DNA of 63,279 nt, counting the filler, from Octopus bimaculoides (lineage: Eukaryota), in NCBI RefSeq assembly GCF_001194135.2. It is 4 parts of 4 records of this genome, joined end to end, with 100 filler letters (N's around TTAATTAATTAA, not from the genome) between each part and the next. Parts side by side here need not be neighbours in the genome. Positions count along the whole stretch, not along the records: positions 51,754 to 61,174 come from NW_026358966.1; positions 61,275 to 63,279 come from NC_068991.1; 2 more parts are not named here. One strand, 5' to 3'. The translations under genes and the position numbers were made by a program. Shown piece after piece: positions 52,063 through 63,258 of this stretch; position 1 is the first letter of the stretch, and every line of letters begins with the position of its first letter. The notes beneath the pieces were generated by a model. That model was given only the letters and a program-made list of their open reading frames with translations. It did no database searches and had not been told where the DNA came from.

Positions 52063-52642
52063 AATGCAGTTATTCTAGGGCAAGATGACCTTCCTGGTAA
52101 TTGTTGTACATCATATTAGTTCCAACTAGGAATCTGTGTATATACTTAAAGCATATACACATATAAGCACATTAAAAGGCTGATAAATTGCAGTATTCCC
52201 ACACACATACACACACACATGTGTATATGTGTCTGTCTATGTATGTGTGTGCATATGTATCTATGAACGTATGTGTGTAATAGTGTGTGTGAGAGAGAGT
52301 TCACAAACCTACTTGAATATAAATATTTCATGTTTGTCGCTGTATGATGTTGACATTAATAATTGACATTATGACAGGTCACACTGTGTTTTTGTAAACC
52401 TGTGGAATAAAGAAATCACTTACTTGAATAAAAGGCAAAGATTGGTGACAGGCAAGCGGCATTAGGCCATAAAATCCTACCGAAATAACCTCCTGTCCAA
52501 ACCCATGGGGAGTTATTTAGGAAGACAGCATATGTTATGCAAACAAACAAATGTAAACCTTCACTAATTGCATTTGTAATTTCATTTAGATTATATTTTA
52601 TATCACTTCTCTAAATTTGTGCCACACTTTTGGAAACTTTAA

Positions 52643-52864
52643 CCCTTTCGTTACTGTATTTATTTTGAGATGCTCTGTGTTTCTTTCAATTAATTTTAAA
52701 TATAACAAAGAATTTAGTAAAATAACTTCGTTATCATTAAGCTAGTGTTAGGAGCATAAATTGTGACTAAGGTTCGGTGGAAGATTTTAATTCCAAACTT
52801 ATGAAGACAAGGCATTTGTACTACAGAGCTAGGGGCAGCTTCAGCCAGGTTGGTAACGAAAGAG
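52643..52864. mobile_element. piggyBac-type MITE
   Basis: TTAA|CCCTTTCGTTAC ... GTAACGAAAGAG|TTAA; TIR 11/12, TTAA TSD. Confidence 0.85.
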
Positions 52865-52904
52865 TTAATGAACTTGAGCAGTAGTACACTCTTCTTTTAT
52901 GCAA

Positions 52905-53100
52905 GGCTTTGGAGTTAGGAAGTTTGCTTCCCAACCATGTAATTTTGGGTTCTGTCCCACTGCATAGTACCTTGGTATCATCTACTATAGCCTTAAGGTT
53001 ATCAAAGCCTTGTGAGTGAATTTGGCAGATAGAAACTGAAAAAAATCCCACTGTACATAAGTGTATGTGTGTTTCTATGTAAATGTGTGTGTGTGTGTGC

Positions 53101-53143
<43 letters not shown>

Positions 53144-53320
53144 AGTGAATATGTTTTGTGTGAAGGTGCATGCCTTAAAGGTATCTGTTCGGCAAAAGAG
53201 ACCAATAGAATATGTACTAGGCTTACAATGAATAAGTCCCGGAGTCTATTTGTTTGACTAAAGGCGGTGCTCCAGCATGGCCACAGTCAAATGACTGAAA
53301 CAAGTAAAAGAATAAAAGAA
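52905..53320 (+). mobile_element. SINE family B, full length with an internal (TG)/(TA) microsatellite
   Basis: Head ..TTGCTTCCCAACCATG..CCCACTGC; tail GACTAAAGGCGGTGCTCCAGCATGGCCACAGTCAAATGACTGAAACAAGTAAAAG. Confidence 0.85.
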
Positions 53321-53625
53321 TATATATATATATATATATATAATGATGCGTCCTGCCCTAACTCTNNNNNNNNNNTATATATATATATATATAATGATGC
53401 GTCCTGCCCTAACTCTTCGAAACGCTTAGTTTTAGAATGGTGGCAGCTGATGAAGGAAATGTTCTCTATGTAGCCTGTGTGCTTTCTGTACTCTGTTTAT
53501 CATTTTGTCCATGTTTTTTTTTGCTACGTCCTGTACCCAGATATGCATCTATATATACATGTAGGTATGTACATACATGTACGTATATATGCATATACTC
53601 ATTTATTATTTCTATTATATATATA

Positions 53626-53854
53626 CAGGGTTGGCCAAAAGTCACCCAACAGTAAATCAAAATTCATATTATCTGTAATCCTGTATTGATTCGAATGGAA
53701 AAATGTGTCAATCAGGAAGGATTTCAGTTTGAATAATTTTCATGATGTTTCATATTTAAGATGCTTTTATTAAATTCATTCAGTTGTTAAACATAAATAA
53801 ATCTTGGAATTAAATGGTTTTTATTTACTGCCAGGTGACTTTTGGTCAACCTTG
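53626..53854. mobile_element. Tc1/mariner-type MITE
   Basis: TA|CAGGGTTGGCCAAAAGTCACCCAACAGTAAAT ... ATTTACTGCCAGGTGACTTTTGGTCAACCTTG|TA; ~32-bp TIRs with few mismatches. Confidence 0.88.
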
Positions 53855-53939
53855 TATAGACACACGTGTGTTGTTGTTATTGTGTATGTTTGAGTATGTT
53901 GAATCCATTTAATTAAAAATCTGGTGATGCTGTTTACAT

Positions 53940-54164
53940 CAGTGGCTCCCAACTGAGGTCCACATAAGATTTTGTTGTTAAATTTTATGTGCAATAAATT
54001 GGTTATGCATCTATGATACACAAAATATTTTAACAATTTTTGGCACAATTCCTAATAATATTTAATTATAAAAATATAATAGGATTTTTGAAATGTTGAA
54101 CAGCTATGATGGTCCACCTTAGAACTAAAGGGATCCATAAGTAAGAAATGGTTGAGAACCACTG
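53940..54164. mobile_element. hAT (Charlie-like) MITE
   Basis: CAGTGGCTCCCAAC ... GGTTGAGAACCACTG; TTTACAT duplicated on both flanks. Confidence 0.82.
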
Positions 54165-54302
54165 TTTACATTCTTAAGTGTTCAAAAGTACCATAGTCCA
54201 GATGTATAGGGATCAGTGAAATAACAATATTTTACTTGAAAATCAAGGGTTTACAACAGGAAGGTCATTTTGCTATATAAAAAAAAAAAAACTAACTGTA
54301 TC

Positions 54303-54505
54303 AATAAATCGCATCTAATCCATGCCGGCATGGGGAAACAAATGTAAAAATGATGATGATGGTATTTTGATATGTATTCATTTGGCAACTGAAAATCATA
54401 AGAATACATATTAAAATATCTATATTCCACTGGTCTGCCACATGTCAGAACTACGGAACTTTTGAACTTTCATTTACTGGAGAATGTAAAGAGAATTACC
54501 ATTTT
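54303..54505 (-). repeat. Right arm of the inverted duplication (partner 51856-52062)
   Basis: Reverse complement aligns end to end with the left arm, with scattered substitutions and a small indel. Confidence 0.93.
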
Positions 54506-55348
54506 TTATCAAAGGATTTTCCATCAGAACTCCAACTTTGAACTTTACATTGAATTACCACTGGGATTACTGTGGATATCTTTTTACTGATCTACATAAC
54601 TTTGTGTGTTTGTGCATGCACATGTGTGTGTATGCATGTGTATATATACACACACACACACACACACATATATTTTATTACGCTATTTTTAAATGGCAGG
54701 AGTTAGAAAGTGACTCAAGAGCTGGGAGTTTCATGCACTGGCACTTACCATCTTGGTAAGTGCCAACCAAACGTGTACACGTACTTACGTACTTATATGA
54801 TATTTTTTCTTTTACTATAAAACCTCTTTTACTTGTGACACACACCAAAATGTATACACAAAAACCTTTTCCTATACAAAAGGGTCAAAATATTATGTGA
54901 TCCCTTTTTTTCCCTTTCACCTTCTCTCCTTTTCACTGGTGTTATAGGCATGTTGAACTTAACTTACTTTACAGATATGGATCCTAATATATTTTCAGTT
55001 AAACAAAAACATTTACGGAGATGTACTTGCATAGCAAGTGACCTGATCTGGCATCGTATGCTGGAACAAAAATAATTGCAGCGTGGAAGGTGTTTATAAG
55101 CCATTTAAGAAACACACAAAGACCGTTAGATTCACTTCAACATTTAAATTTAATTTGCCAAAATATTTTCGTCACATTGAGACCGCAACCTGTTCACTGA
55201 CAAAATTCTGTGCTGCATTTATTTTCTGAAAATGTAATTCTGTATTTTTATTTTCATATGTATATATAAATACATTGAATAAAACTATTTTCCCTTTATA
55301 TTAAAAAGTTAAACTGTATGTATGTATGTGTGTGTGTATGTATGAATG

Positions 55349-55456
55349 ATATCACGTTGAAAGCACCGGTTCTCGTCCGATCGCTGTAGTTAAGCAATGT
55401 CGAACCTAGTGAATACTAAGATGGGTGACTGCTTGGGAAACCTAGGTGGTGTAAGC
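55349..55456 (+). pseudogene. 5S rRNA pseudogene, missing ~11 nt at the 5' end and lacking an oligo-T terminator
   Basis: ATATCACGTTGAAAGCACCGGTTCTCGTCCGATC..AGTTAAGCAATGTCG (box A)..GATGGGTGACTGCTTGGGAA (box C)..GGTGTAAGC; embedded between microsatellites. Confidence 0.9.
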
Positions 55457-56083
55457 GTCTCACACATATATATATATATATATATAAAATTTTTATATAT
55501 ATATATATATAAAAGTGGTTTTAGAGTCAGGATTTGACTGCTATTTTATCAGCGTGGTGGTATCTCTTGATACCCTGTATTATAATTTTAAATAATTATT
55601 ACCTTTGATGGTTTTTATTCCCATGCTGACCACTTGATAAGATCAATATTTTAAATATCGATCTTATCCTTATTTATATAAATATAATTTTATCAGTGTA
55701 TTTACTGCGCTGATATTCTGTCCGGATCGCACGAAAGGTTGTTTAGGCGGGCTATTTAAGCTAGTCGTGTGCATACGTGCATATATATGTATGTATACGT
55801 CCGTATATGTAAGTATACTGTTTATNNNNNNNNNNNNNNNNNNNNNNNNNNNNNNNNNNNNNNNNNNNNNNNNNNNNNNNNNNNNNNNNNNNNNNNNNNN
55901 NNNNNNNNNNNNNNNNNNNNNNNNNNNNNNNNNNNNNNNNNNNNNNNNNNNNNNNNNNNNNNNNNNNNNNNNNNNNNNNNNNNNNNNNNNNNNNNNNNNN
56001 NNNNNNNNNNNNNNNNNNNNNNNNNNNNNNNNNNNNNNNNNNNNNNNNNNNNNNNNNNNNNNNNNNNNNNNNNNNNNNNNNNN

Positions 56084-56142
<59 letters not shown>

Positions 56143-56513
56143 GTATGCATGTATGTATGTATATGTATAGAGATAGTGACGCAGATAAACATGATTAGGC
56201 TTTATATATATAAATATACATATACACACATAGATACACACGCACACATGTGTATGTATGTATGTGTGTGTGTGTGTATATATGTATATTTATATATGTA
56301 TAGAGCCTAATCATGTTTATCTGTGTCACTACCTCCATCTGGATTTCTCCTATAGCACTCTTTACCTTGTGGACCTAGTCCTTGATAAGGATCTCGGAGT
56401 TTAATTTAAAACCATTTGAGCATGACTATGTGTTTTCTATATTGAGCGTCTATAGATCTCATCTTTTGACTGTGAATGCATGCGTGCATACATACATACA
56501 TACATAAACATGT

Positions 56514-56663
56514 AGGTGCAGGAATGGTTGTATGGTAAGAAGCTTGCTTCCCAACCATATGGTTCCAGGTTTAGTCCCACTGCGTAGTACCTTGGGCAAG
56601 TGTCTCCTATAGCTTTGGCCTGGTGAGTGGATTTGGTAGATGGAAACTGAAAGAAGCCCATCG

Positions 56664-56696
<33 letters not shown>

Positions 56697-56903
56697 TTGT
56701 GTGTCTGTGTCTGTCCCCCCACCGTCGCTTGACAACCAATGTTGGTGTGTTTACATCCCTGTAACTTGGCGGTTCAGCAAAAGAATCCAATAGAATAAGT
56801 ACTATGCTTACAAAGAATAAGGCCTGGAGCCGATTTGCTCGACTAAAGGTGGTGCTCCAGCATGGCTGCAGTCAAATGACTGAAACAAGTAAAATAATAA
56901 AAG

Positions 56904-56905
<2 letters not shown>
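56514..56905 (+). mobile_element. SINE family B, full length
   Basis: tRNA-like head TGGTTGTATGGTAAGAAGCTTGCTTCCCAACC..GGTTTAGTCCCACTGC; internal (TA)n; tail CAGCATGGCTGCAGTCAAATGACTGAAACAAG. Confidence 0.9.
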
Positions 56906-56945
<40 letters not shown>

Positions 56946-57053
56946 TATTTATTATTATTATTTTTGCTGTTGTTATGATGTGAATCTATCAGCATGGTAA
57001 TTAAACAGTTATCTAAATATATATATAAGGAATTAAAAGAATGTTCATAAGGT

Positions 57054-57092
<39 letters not shown>

Positions 57093-57265
57093 CAACAATT
57101 TATATATTTTTCCCTTTTACTTCCTGCAGCCCAGTAGTAAATAACCATCTTTTAGTCTAGTTTGCTGAAAGCATGGTTTGTGAATACATCTTTGAGATAG
57201 GACATGAGTTTGTGTGCAGTTTAACAGATTTTAATTCACAGAATCAATAAAAACAAAATTTGGAA

Positions 57266-57307
<42 letters not shown>

Positions 57308-57557
57308 TTGCGCTTTATGAAGTCAATTGGTTTTTGTGTTACAGAAATCGACCATGTATATTTTCTTCATTTTAGTGTAAAATGTTAAGAGAAAAATCAA
57401 ATAATGTACATGTGTTTAAACAGGTAGAAATTATTCTGTAGGGGTTAGACCAAGACTAGGTAGAAATGAAACAATATGAAATAGCACATCTTATCTATGA
57501 CTGCCAAGTGAAAATTACAGCAGAGAAAAGATTGGCAGAAGGTTTGCTTTTGTTTAA

Positions 57558-57778
57558 CCCCTTTAATATTTTAACTAGCCATATCTGGTCCAAATTGTCT
57601 TCCTGTTTTAGGTTCAAACTATCAAGATCTGGCCTCTAACACCTACTCTACAATGTCATTCTAAAAATGTACAATCACATCACTGGAATCCAAGAGCTAC
57701 AAGGTAATGCATGATTAATTCAAAAGAATGTTGATAAGTAAGTATTATATTTGATAGAGTAATCAGAATGCTAAAGAG
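57558..57778. mobile_element. piggyBac-type MITE, second family
   Basis: TTAA|CCCCTTTAATATT ... AATGCTAAAGAG|TTAA; imperfect TIRs. Confidence 0.65.
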
Positions 57779-58330
57779 TTAAACAGCTAAAAATTGGTTC
57801 AGAGATTACTAGTTTCTGATTGGCTGAAATGATACATGACAAAACTAAATTGGTCATTTGTTCTGTTTAACTAGGAAAAGAACAGGAAAAAAAAGGACTA
57901 CTAGTTTCTAAAGTAACACATGCAAGTATGTGAGTCGGCATGGTTTGTGCACCAGCTGCAACTGAGGCCTGTATCTGTCTCCATGTAAGAGAACGATGCA
58001 GGTAGTTTTGCAAGATGTGTTTTCATACAAGAGTGCAGAAAATGAAAATGGCATAAGCTTTCATACAAGTGGGTTTCTTTGCGAATAGGTGAAATTAGCA
58101 AAGATATAATATTTTGCAAAATTACGTATATGGTTTGCTTCAAAATTTGGGAGGGAGGGTTAAAAGGAGAAAACTGCAGACTGCGAAAAATGTACTGTTC
58201 AAATGTTTAACATTCATTGTGCTTCTATTCATGTTAGATAGATAGATAGATAGATAGATAGAGATAGAGAGGGAGATAGAGAGTGTGTGTGCATGTGTGT
58301 GTGTGTATATGTGTGTGCGTGTGTATATAT

Positions 58331-58547
58331 CTCTTTTACTCTTTTACTTGTTTCAGTCATTTGTCTGTGGCCATGCTGGAGCACTGCCTTTAGTCGAGCA
58401 AATCGACCCCAGAACTTATTCTTTATAAGCCTAGTACTTATCCTAACGGGTTCTCTTGCCGAACCGCTAAGTTACGGGGATGTAAACATACCAGCATCGG
58501 TTGTCAAGCGATGTTGTGGGGACAAACACAGACACACAAACATATGC

Positions 58548-58588
<41 letters not shown>

Positions 58589-58751
58589 CGATAGGCTTCT
58601 TTCAGTTTCCGTCTACCAAATCCACTCACAAGGCTTTGGTCGGCCTGAGGCTATAGTAGAAGACACTTGCCCAAGGTGCCACGCAGTGGGACTGAACCCA
58701 GAACTATGTGGTTTGTAAGCAAGCTACTTACCACACAGCCACTCCTACGCC
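58331..58751 (-). mobile_element. SINE family B, full length
   Basis: Reverse-complement match to 56514-56905, with a well-preserved head GGCGTAGGAGTGGCTGTGTGGTAAGTAGC. Confidence 0.92.
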
Positions 58752-58770
58752 TATATATATACATATACAT

Positions 58771-58821
<51 letters not shown>

Positions 58822-59280
58822 TATATAAGCACATTTATGGAAAACAAATCAGAACTGAAGACATAAAAGAAATCCATCTGTGAAAAAGAGTAATGCAAAG
58901 AAACACTTGTTGCTGAATGGTAGATAAGGAACAAATGTGTTCAGACATGTTTAGAGCAATGTTGAGAACTTGAAATGGTTAATTATAAATTTAAAAGGAA
59001 GAATTAATGGAATATAAAACTGTACAAAACACTATGTTTAGAAACAGCCATGCGGTTAAGAAGCTTGCATTGCAACCATGTGGTTTGAGGCTCAGTACTA
59101 TAATGTCACACCTTGGTTAAATGCCTTCTGCTATATCCACGAGCTAATTAATGCATTATGAGTAAATTTAGTACCTGGAACCTGTATATATATATATTCA
59201 GCCTGAGGTTAGTTCATCATTTTTCAGTCATTTGTTTATATTTAAAAATTGTTGCTTCAAATCAGAGAATAAATATCATT

Positions 59281-59490
59281 CCGCCTGACTGGCCTTCATG
59301 CGGGTGACACGTAAAAGCTCCCACTACACTCTCTGAGTGGTTGGTGTTAGGAAGGGCATCCAGCTGTAGAAACTCTGCCAAATCAGATTGGAGCCTGGTG
59401 TAGCCATCTGGTTTCACCAGTCCTCAGTCAAATCCTCCAACCCATGCTAGCATGGAAAGCGGATGTTAAACGATGTTGATGATGATGATG
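59281..59490 (+). mobile_element. RTE-type 3' UTR element ending in (GAT)n
   Basis: GAGTGGTTGGTGTTAGGAAGGGCATCCAGCTGTAGAAACTCTGCC..CATGCTAGCATGGAAAGCGGATGTTAAACGATG; same tail as 37840-37985. Confidence 0.85.
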
Positions 59491-59777
59491 ATTGTTATTA
59501 TACAGTTATTATACTATGAGCCTTCCATAGTAGCTTTCTCTCCGTAGCTCGCAAAGCCTTTTGGGTTTGTTTATAAAATATTATTTATGTAGTATCAAGA
59601 CAGTTTAAGTATACATTAACTAAATTTGACTGAAATTGATGGGTGAGCGTTTGGCCAATCAGATTCACAAGGAGGCATGAACGTGAGTTCAATTCAGCCT
59701 GAGGTTAGCTCATCACTTTTCAATCATTTGTTTATATTTAAACAAATGTCACTTCAAATCGGAGAATAAATATCATT

Positions 59778-60109
59778 ATGATACATATAAAGGATAAAGA
59801 CCCCCTTTGGTTATAAATGACCATGGGATTGCACCTGAGCCTGATGCTCTAATCACAGAGCCATGTGTGTGTGTATGTGTGTGTGTGCCTTTGTCAAGAC
59901 ATGGCATGATGGCTGTAAATGAGCCTCATTGCTATACAAGTGGGGTTGTTCACGTTCAGTCTTCCATGAATAACATGTTTGTCCATTGGAAAATATTACC
60001 TTGCTTCGAAACAGGTGAGGGTTGGTGACAGGAAAGGCATCCAGCCATAGAAAATCTGCTTCAACGAATTCTGTCTGACTCATGCAAGCATGGAAAAGTG
60101 AACATTAAA

Positions 60110-60140
<31 letters not shown>
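59778..60140 (+). mobile_element. RTE-type 3' element ending in (GAT)n
   Basis: GACAGGAAAGGCATCCAGCCATAG..CATGCAAGCATGGAAAAGTGAACATTAAAATGATGATG. Confidence 0.7.
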
Positions 60141-60794
60141 CGGTGATGTATTGCATTAGAAAATTTAGTTCCAAAATGAGGTAAACAGCAAATTGTGTTG
60201 ATAAACCTACGAAGAAATAGCTTAAAGCTGATTGACAACTGACAGCATTAATATTACTATAGTGATAGCTATAAGTCTGAAAACAGATTGAAAATTTTGA
60301 AGCTGTTATCATAACAAAACTAAAACACAGCAGGAAATTGCTAATGAGTTTGTAAACAATGTATTGCTGGAACATTAAAAAAAAAAAATGTGAACATGTA
60401 GAACGCTGTTCAATCAGAAAAATGTCTGTTTAATCTGAAAAATATCTTTCATCAGAAATGTGGCTCTGTCTGAAAGTCACTGATATAAGTTAATTTGTAA
60501 CTGGTTGATCATATACTTAGCAGTATATGTAAATACTTTGGTCCCTAATTGTAGGGAATTAAAGATTATTGTAAAAAGAAACAAAAACACAATGGATTAT
60601 AGGTAATTTTTCTTATTATTTCCTTTATTTTCTATAAGTACAGGCATGGCTGTGTGGTTAAGAAGCTCACATTGCAACCACGTGGTCTCAGGTTCAGTCA
60701 CACTGCAAGGCTGACTATTGCCTTGTGTATGAATTTGGTAGACAGTAACTGTGTGAATCTCTGCTATGTGTTCTCATATATGTGTGTGTGTGTG

Positions 60795-61148
60795 TGTGTC
60801 TGTGTGTAGTACATCTTGGCTGGCACCTGTGCAAGTGGCACATAGAGAGCACCATTCGAGCATGGTCAATGCCAGTGCCGCCAGACTGGCTCCTGTGCTG
60901 GTCACACATAAAAAGCACCATATGAGTGTGGTCGACGCCAGTTCTGCCTGACTGGCCCCGTGCTGGTGGCACATAAAAAACACCCACTACACTCTCAAAG
61001 TGGTTGGCGTTAGGAAGAGCATCCAGCTGTAGAAACCCTGCCAGATCAGATTGGAGCTGAGTACAGCCTCCTGGCTTGCCAGTCCTCAGTCAAACCGTCC
61101 AAGCTATGCCAGCATGGAAGGCAGATGTTAAATGATGATGATGATGAC
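60795..61148 (+). mobile_element. RTE-type 3' UTR element with ~66-bp internal tandem units and a (GAT)n tail
   Basis: About 2.5 units of TGGC..CCTGTGC..GT..CACATA.A.AGCACCA..GAG..TGGTC.A.GCCAGT....C.GAC, then GTGGTTGGCGTTAGGAAGAGCATCCAGC. Confidence 0.8.
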
Positions 61149-61749
61149 GGTATATATATATATATATATATATANNNNNNNNNNNNNNNNNNNNNNNNNN
61201 NNNNNNNNNNNNNNNNNNTTAATTAATTAANNNNNNNNNNNNNNNNNNNNNNNNNNNNNNNNNNNNNNNNNNNNCGACTCTGTCAATTGACTGCCTTAAC
61301 AGTAACTACTTAACAGTAACTATTGCTACCTGCTATAAACTTCAAAATTCTGCTGGGGAGTCAAAAATGAATATATCCTAAAATAATCTCTTCTATAATC
61401 TTGACCATGTTCTAGTTTATAACTCTTTGATAGTCCCAGGGGTCTTCAATATGATAAAAGGTTTAAAGGTGCTATATTTACTTTTGATGCGCTTACGAAG
61501 AGAAATGTGGATAATTAAGTGATTTAATGGAAGAACACAAGCTTTTATAACTAATCACCTTGGACTTTTCATCATCCAGCTAGTGACCATATTTAAATTA
61601 ATTACAACGTTTGCAAGGAAAAGTGGTAAAACAGCATCAAAGGCTCAAGGGCCTATTCTTCATTGTCTTTAGTTTGCTTCGAGTTGTTTCAGCTTAAGTG
61701 TTTCACAAAGAGATCTTTTCAACTTATGAGAACCGTTGACTGATATACG

Positions 61750-61846
61750 ATGAATGAAGATTCCAAACTTTGTTCTCAGAATGCCACTAATATCCATGAT
61801 AGATTCAAAGAGATTGATTCTACATTTGATCCAGACAACGTTGAAC
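61750..61846 (+). CDS. Candidate first coding exon of an unknown gene (MNEDSKLCSQNATNIHDRFKEIDSTFDPDNVE-)
   Basis: ATG at 61750 with an in-frame stop 9 nt upstream; 32 open codons of non-repetitive, protein-like composition; consensus donor AAC|GTAAGT at 61847; possible acceptors TCTTTAG (61671) and GTTTCAG (61691). No homology recognised. Confidence 0.3.
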
Positions 61847-62414
61847 GTAAGTTAGAAGCACTTTGTTGAAGCTAATGAAGAGGTAGCCGAAGAGAGGTAA
61901 CTCAGAAGTTATTCAGGAAGAGAGGAACGCCATTAAGACACTGATGCCTTAATACCATTTAAGAAAAACAAAAGAATGGATTATCCTAAGAAGAAACTAG
62001 TCAATGCTTTCTTGGAAACTGAAACAAACGATGTTAAGTGGGGAAATAAGTGAAACAGAATCTTTCTGCAAAGGTTTGAAAACATAACAAAACGGAACAA
62101 AACAAATAAAAAAATAAATAAAACATAGGCAAAAGAAAAAATTCAACAAAACAAAAAACAGAAGATAAAACATATTCATCTTTGTTATCAAATACAGAAT
62201 TACAAGCTGAACCCTTAAATGATAATATTTTAAGGTGTGTGAATGATTTATTAGGCATACCGAAACGTATTGTATTTCCAAGCAAATAATCTGAGGTCAT
62301 ATAACAAGGGAACCCGCGTCAAAGTGTTGGAGATTTATCCCGGTGGCTTAATAAACCTTGGTCCATTGTACAAATCGTCAGATTGGGAAAGTTTATAGAG
62401 AAGGTGAGTGGATA

Positions 62415-62805
62415 CAACAAAACGGACTCATCCTGCAACATGATAATGCAAGGCCACATTCAGTGGAGATAAATCAAGAAAATATAAATCCATGAAGCTG
62501 GGAAGTCGTACATCTCACATCTTAACACCATCAGATTTTTCACTTATTCAGGTCACTTGAACATTTTTCAGAAGAAAAAGCTTTCAGAAGTAAGGATGAG
62601 CTTGAAACGCGCTCCAAACATTTTTTCTCTTCCAAAGAACCTAATTTTTTCTAGCTTGTGGAATCAGACACTAGTTTTAAGGTGGGAGAATGTTATTGCT
62701 AACGACGGCAATTATATTTTCAATGAATACATAGATCTACGACATGTTTTATGCTAATTTGAACTCATTACATTAATTGCAACATTCCTTTTGGTACTCC
62801 TAATA
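62415..62805 (+). mobile_element. mariner 3' relic with 3' TIR
   Basis: NGLILQHDNARPHS..PSDFHLFRSLEHF..LVLRWENVIANDGNYIFNE; terminus AACATTCCTTTTGGTACTCCTAA-TA. Confidence 0.88.
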
Positions 62806-62819
62806 AACACCTGTCTTTT

Positions 62820-63200
62820 ATTTTTTATCTTTTACTTGTTTCAGTCATTTGACCGCGGCCATGCTGTGACACCGCCTTGAAGGAATTTAGTCGAACAAAT
62901 CGATCCCAGGACTTATTTTTAAGCTTTGTTCTTATTATATCGTTCTTTCTTGCCGAACCGCTATGTTAAGGGGACTTAAACGCACCAGCACCAGTTGTTA
63001 AGCGGTGGTGGGGGATAAACATAGACACAAAGACACACATACACAACACGTATATATACAAACATACAAACATATATATATTCTTTTATTCTTTTATTAG
63101 TTTACTTGTTTCAGTCGTTTGACTGCAGGCCATGCTGGAGCACAGCCTTTAGTCGAACACGTCAACCCCAGGACTTATTCTTTATAAGCCTAGTAATATT
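62820..63200 (-). mobile_element. Two adjacent SINE family B 3' fragments (62820-63030 and 63085-63200)
   Basis: TTTTACTTGTTTCAGTC.TTTGAC.GC.GCCATGCTG..TAGTCGAACA..CCCAGGACTTATT occurs twice. Confidence 0.85.

Positions 63201-63258
<58 letters not shown>

Noticed and set aside
53330-53415. Exact direct repeat ATAATGATGCGTCCTGCCCTAACTCT on both sides of a 10-N gap
   Set aside because: Typical unmerged contig overlap
59650-59665. CCAAT box; also AP-1-like TGAGTCA at ~17554 and TATA-like motifs
   Set aside because: Short motifs expected by chance; no transcript evidence for a promoter
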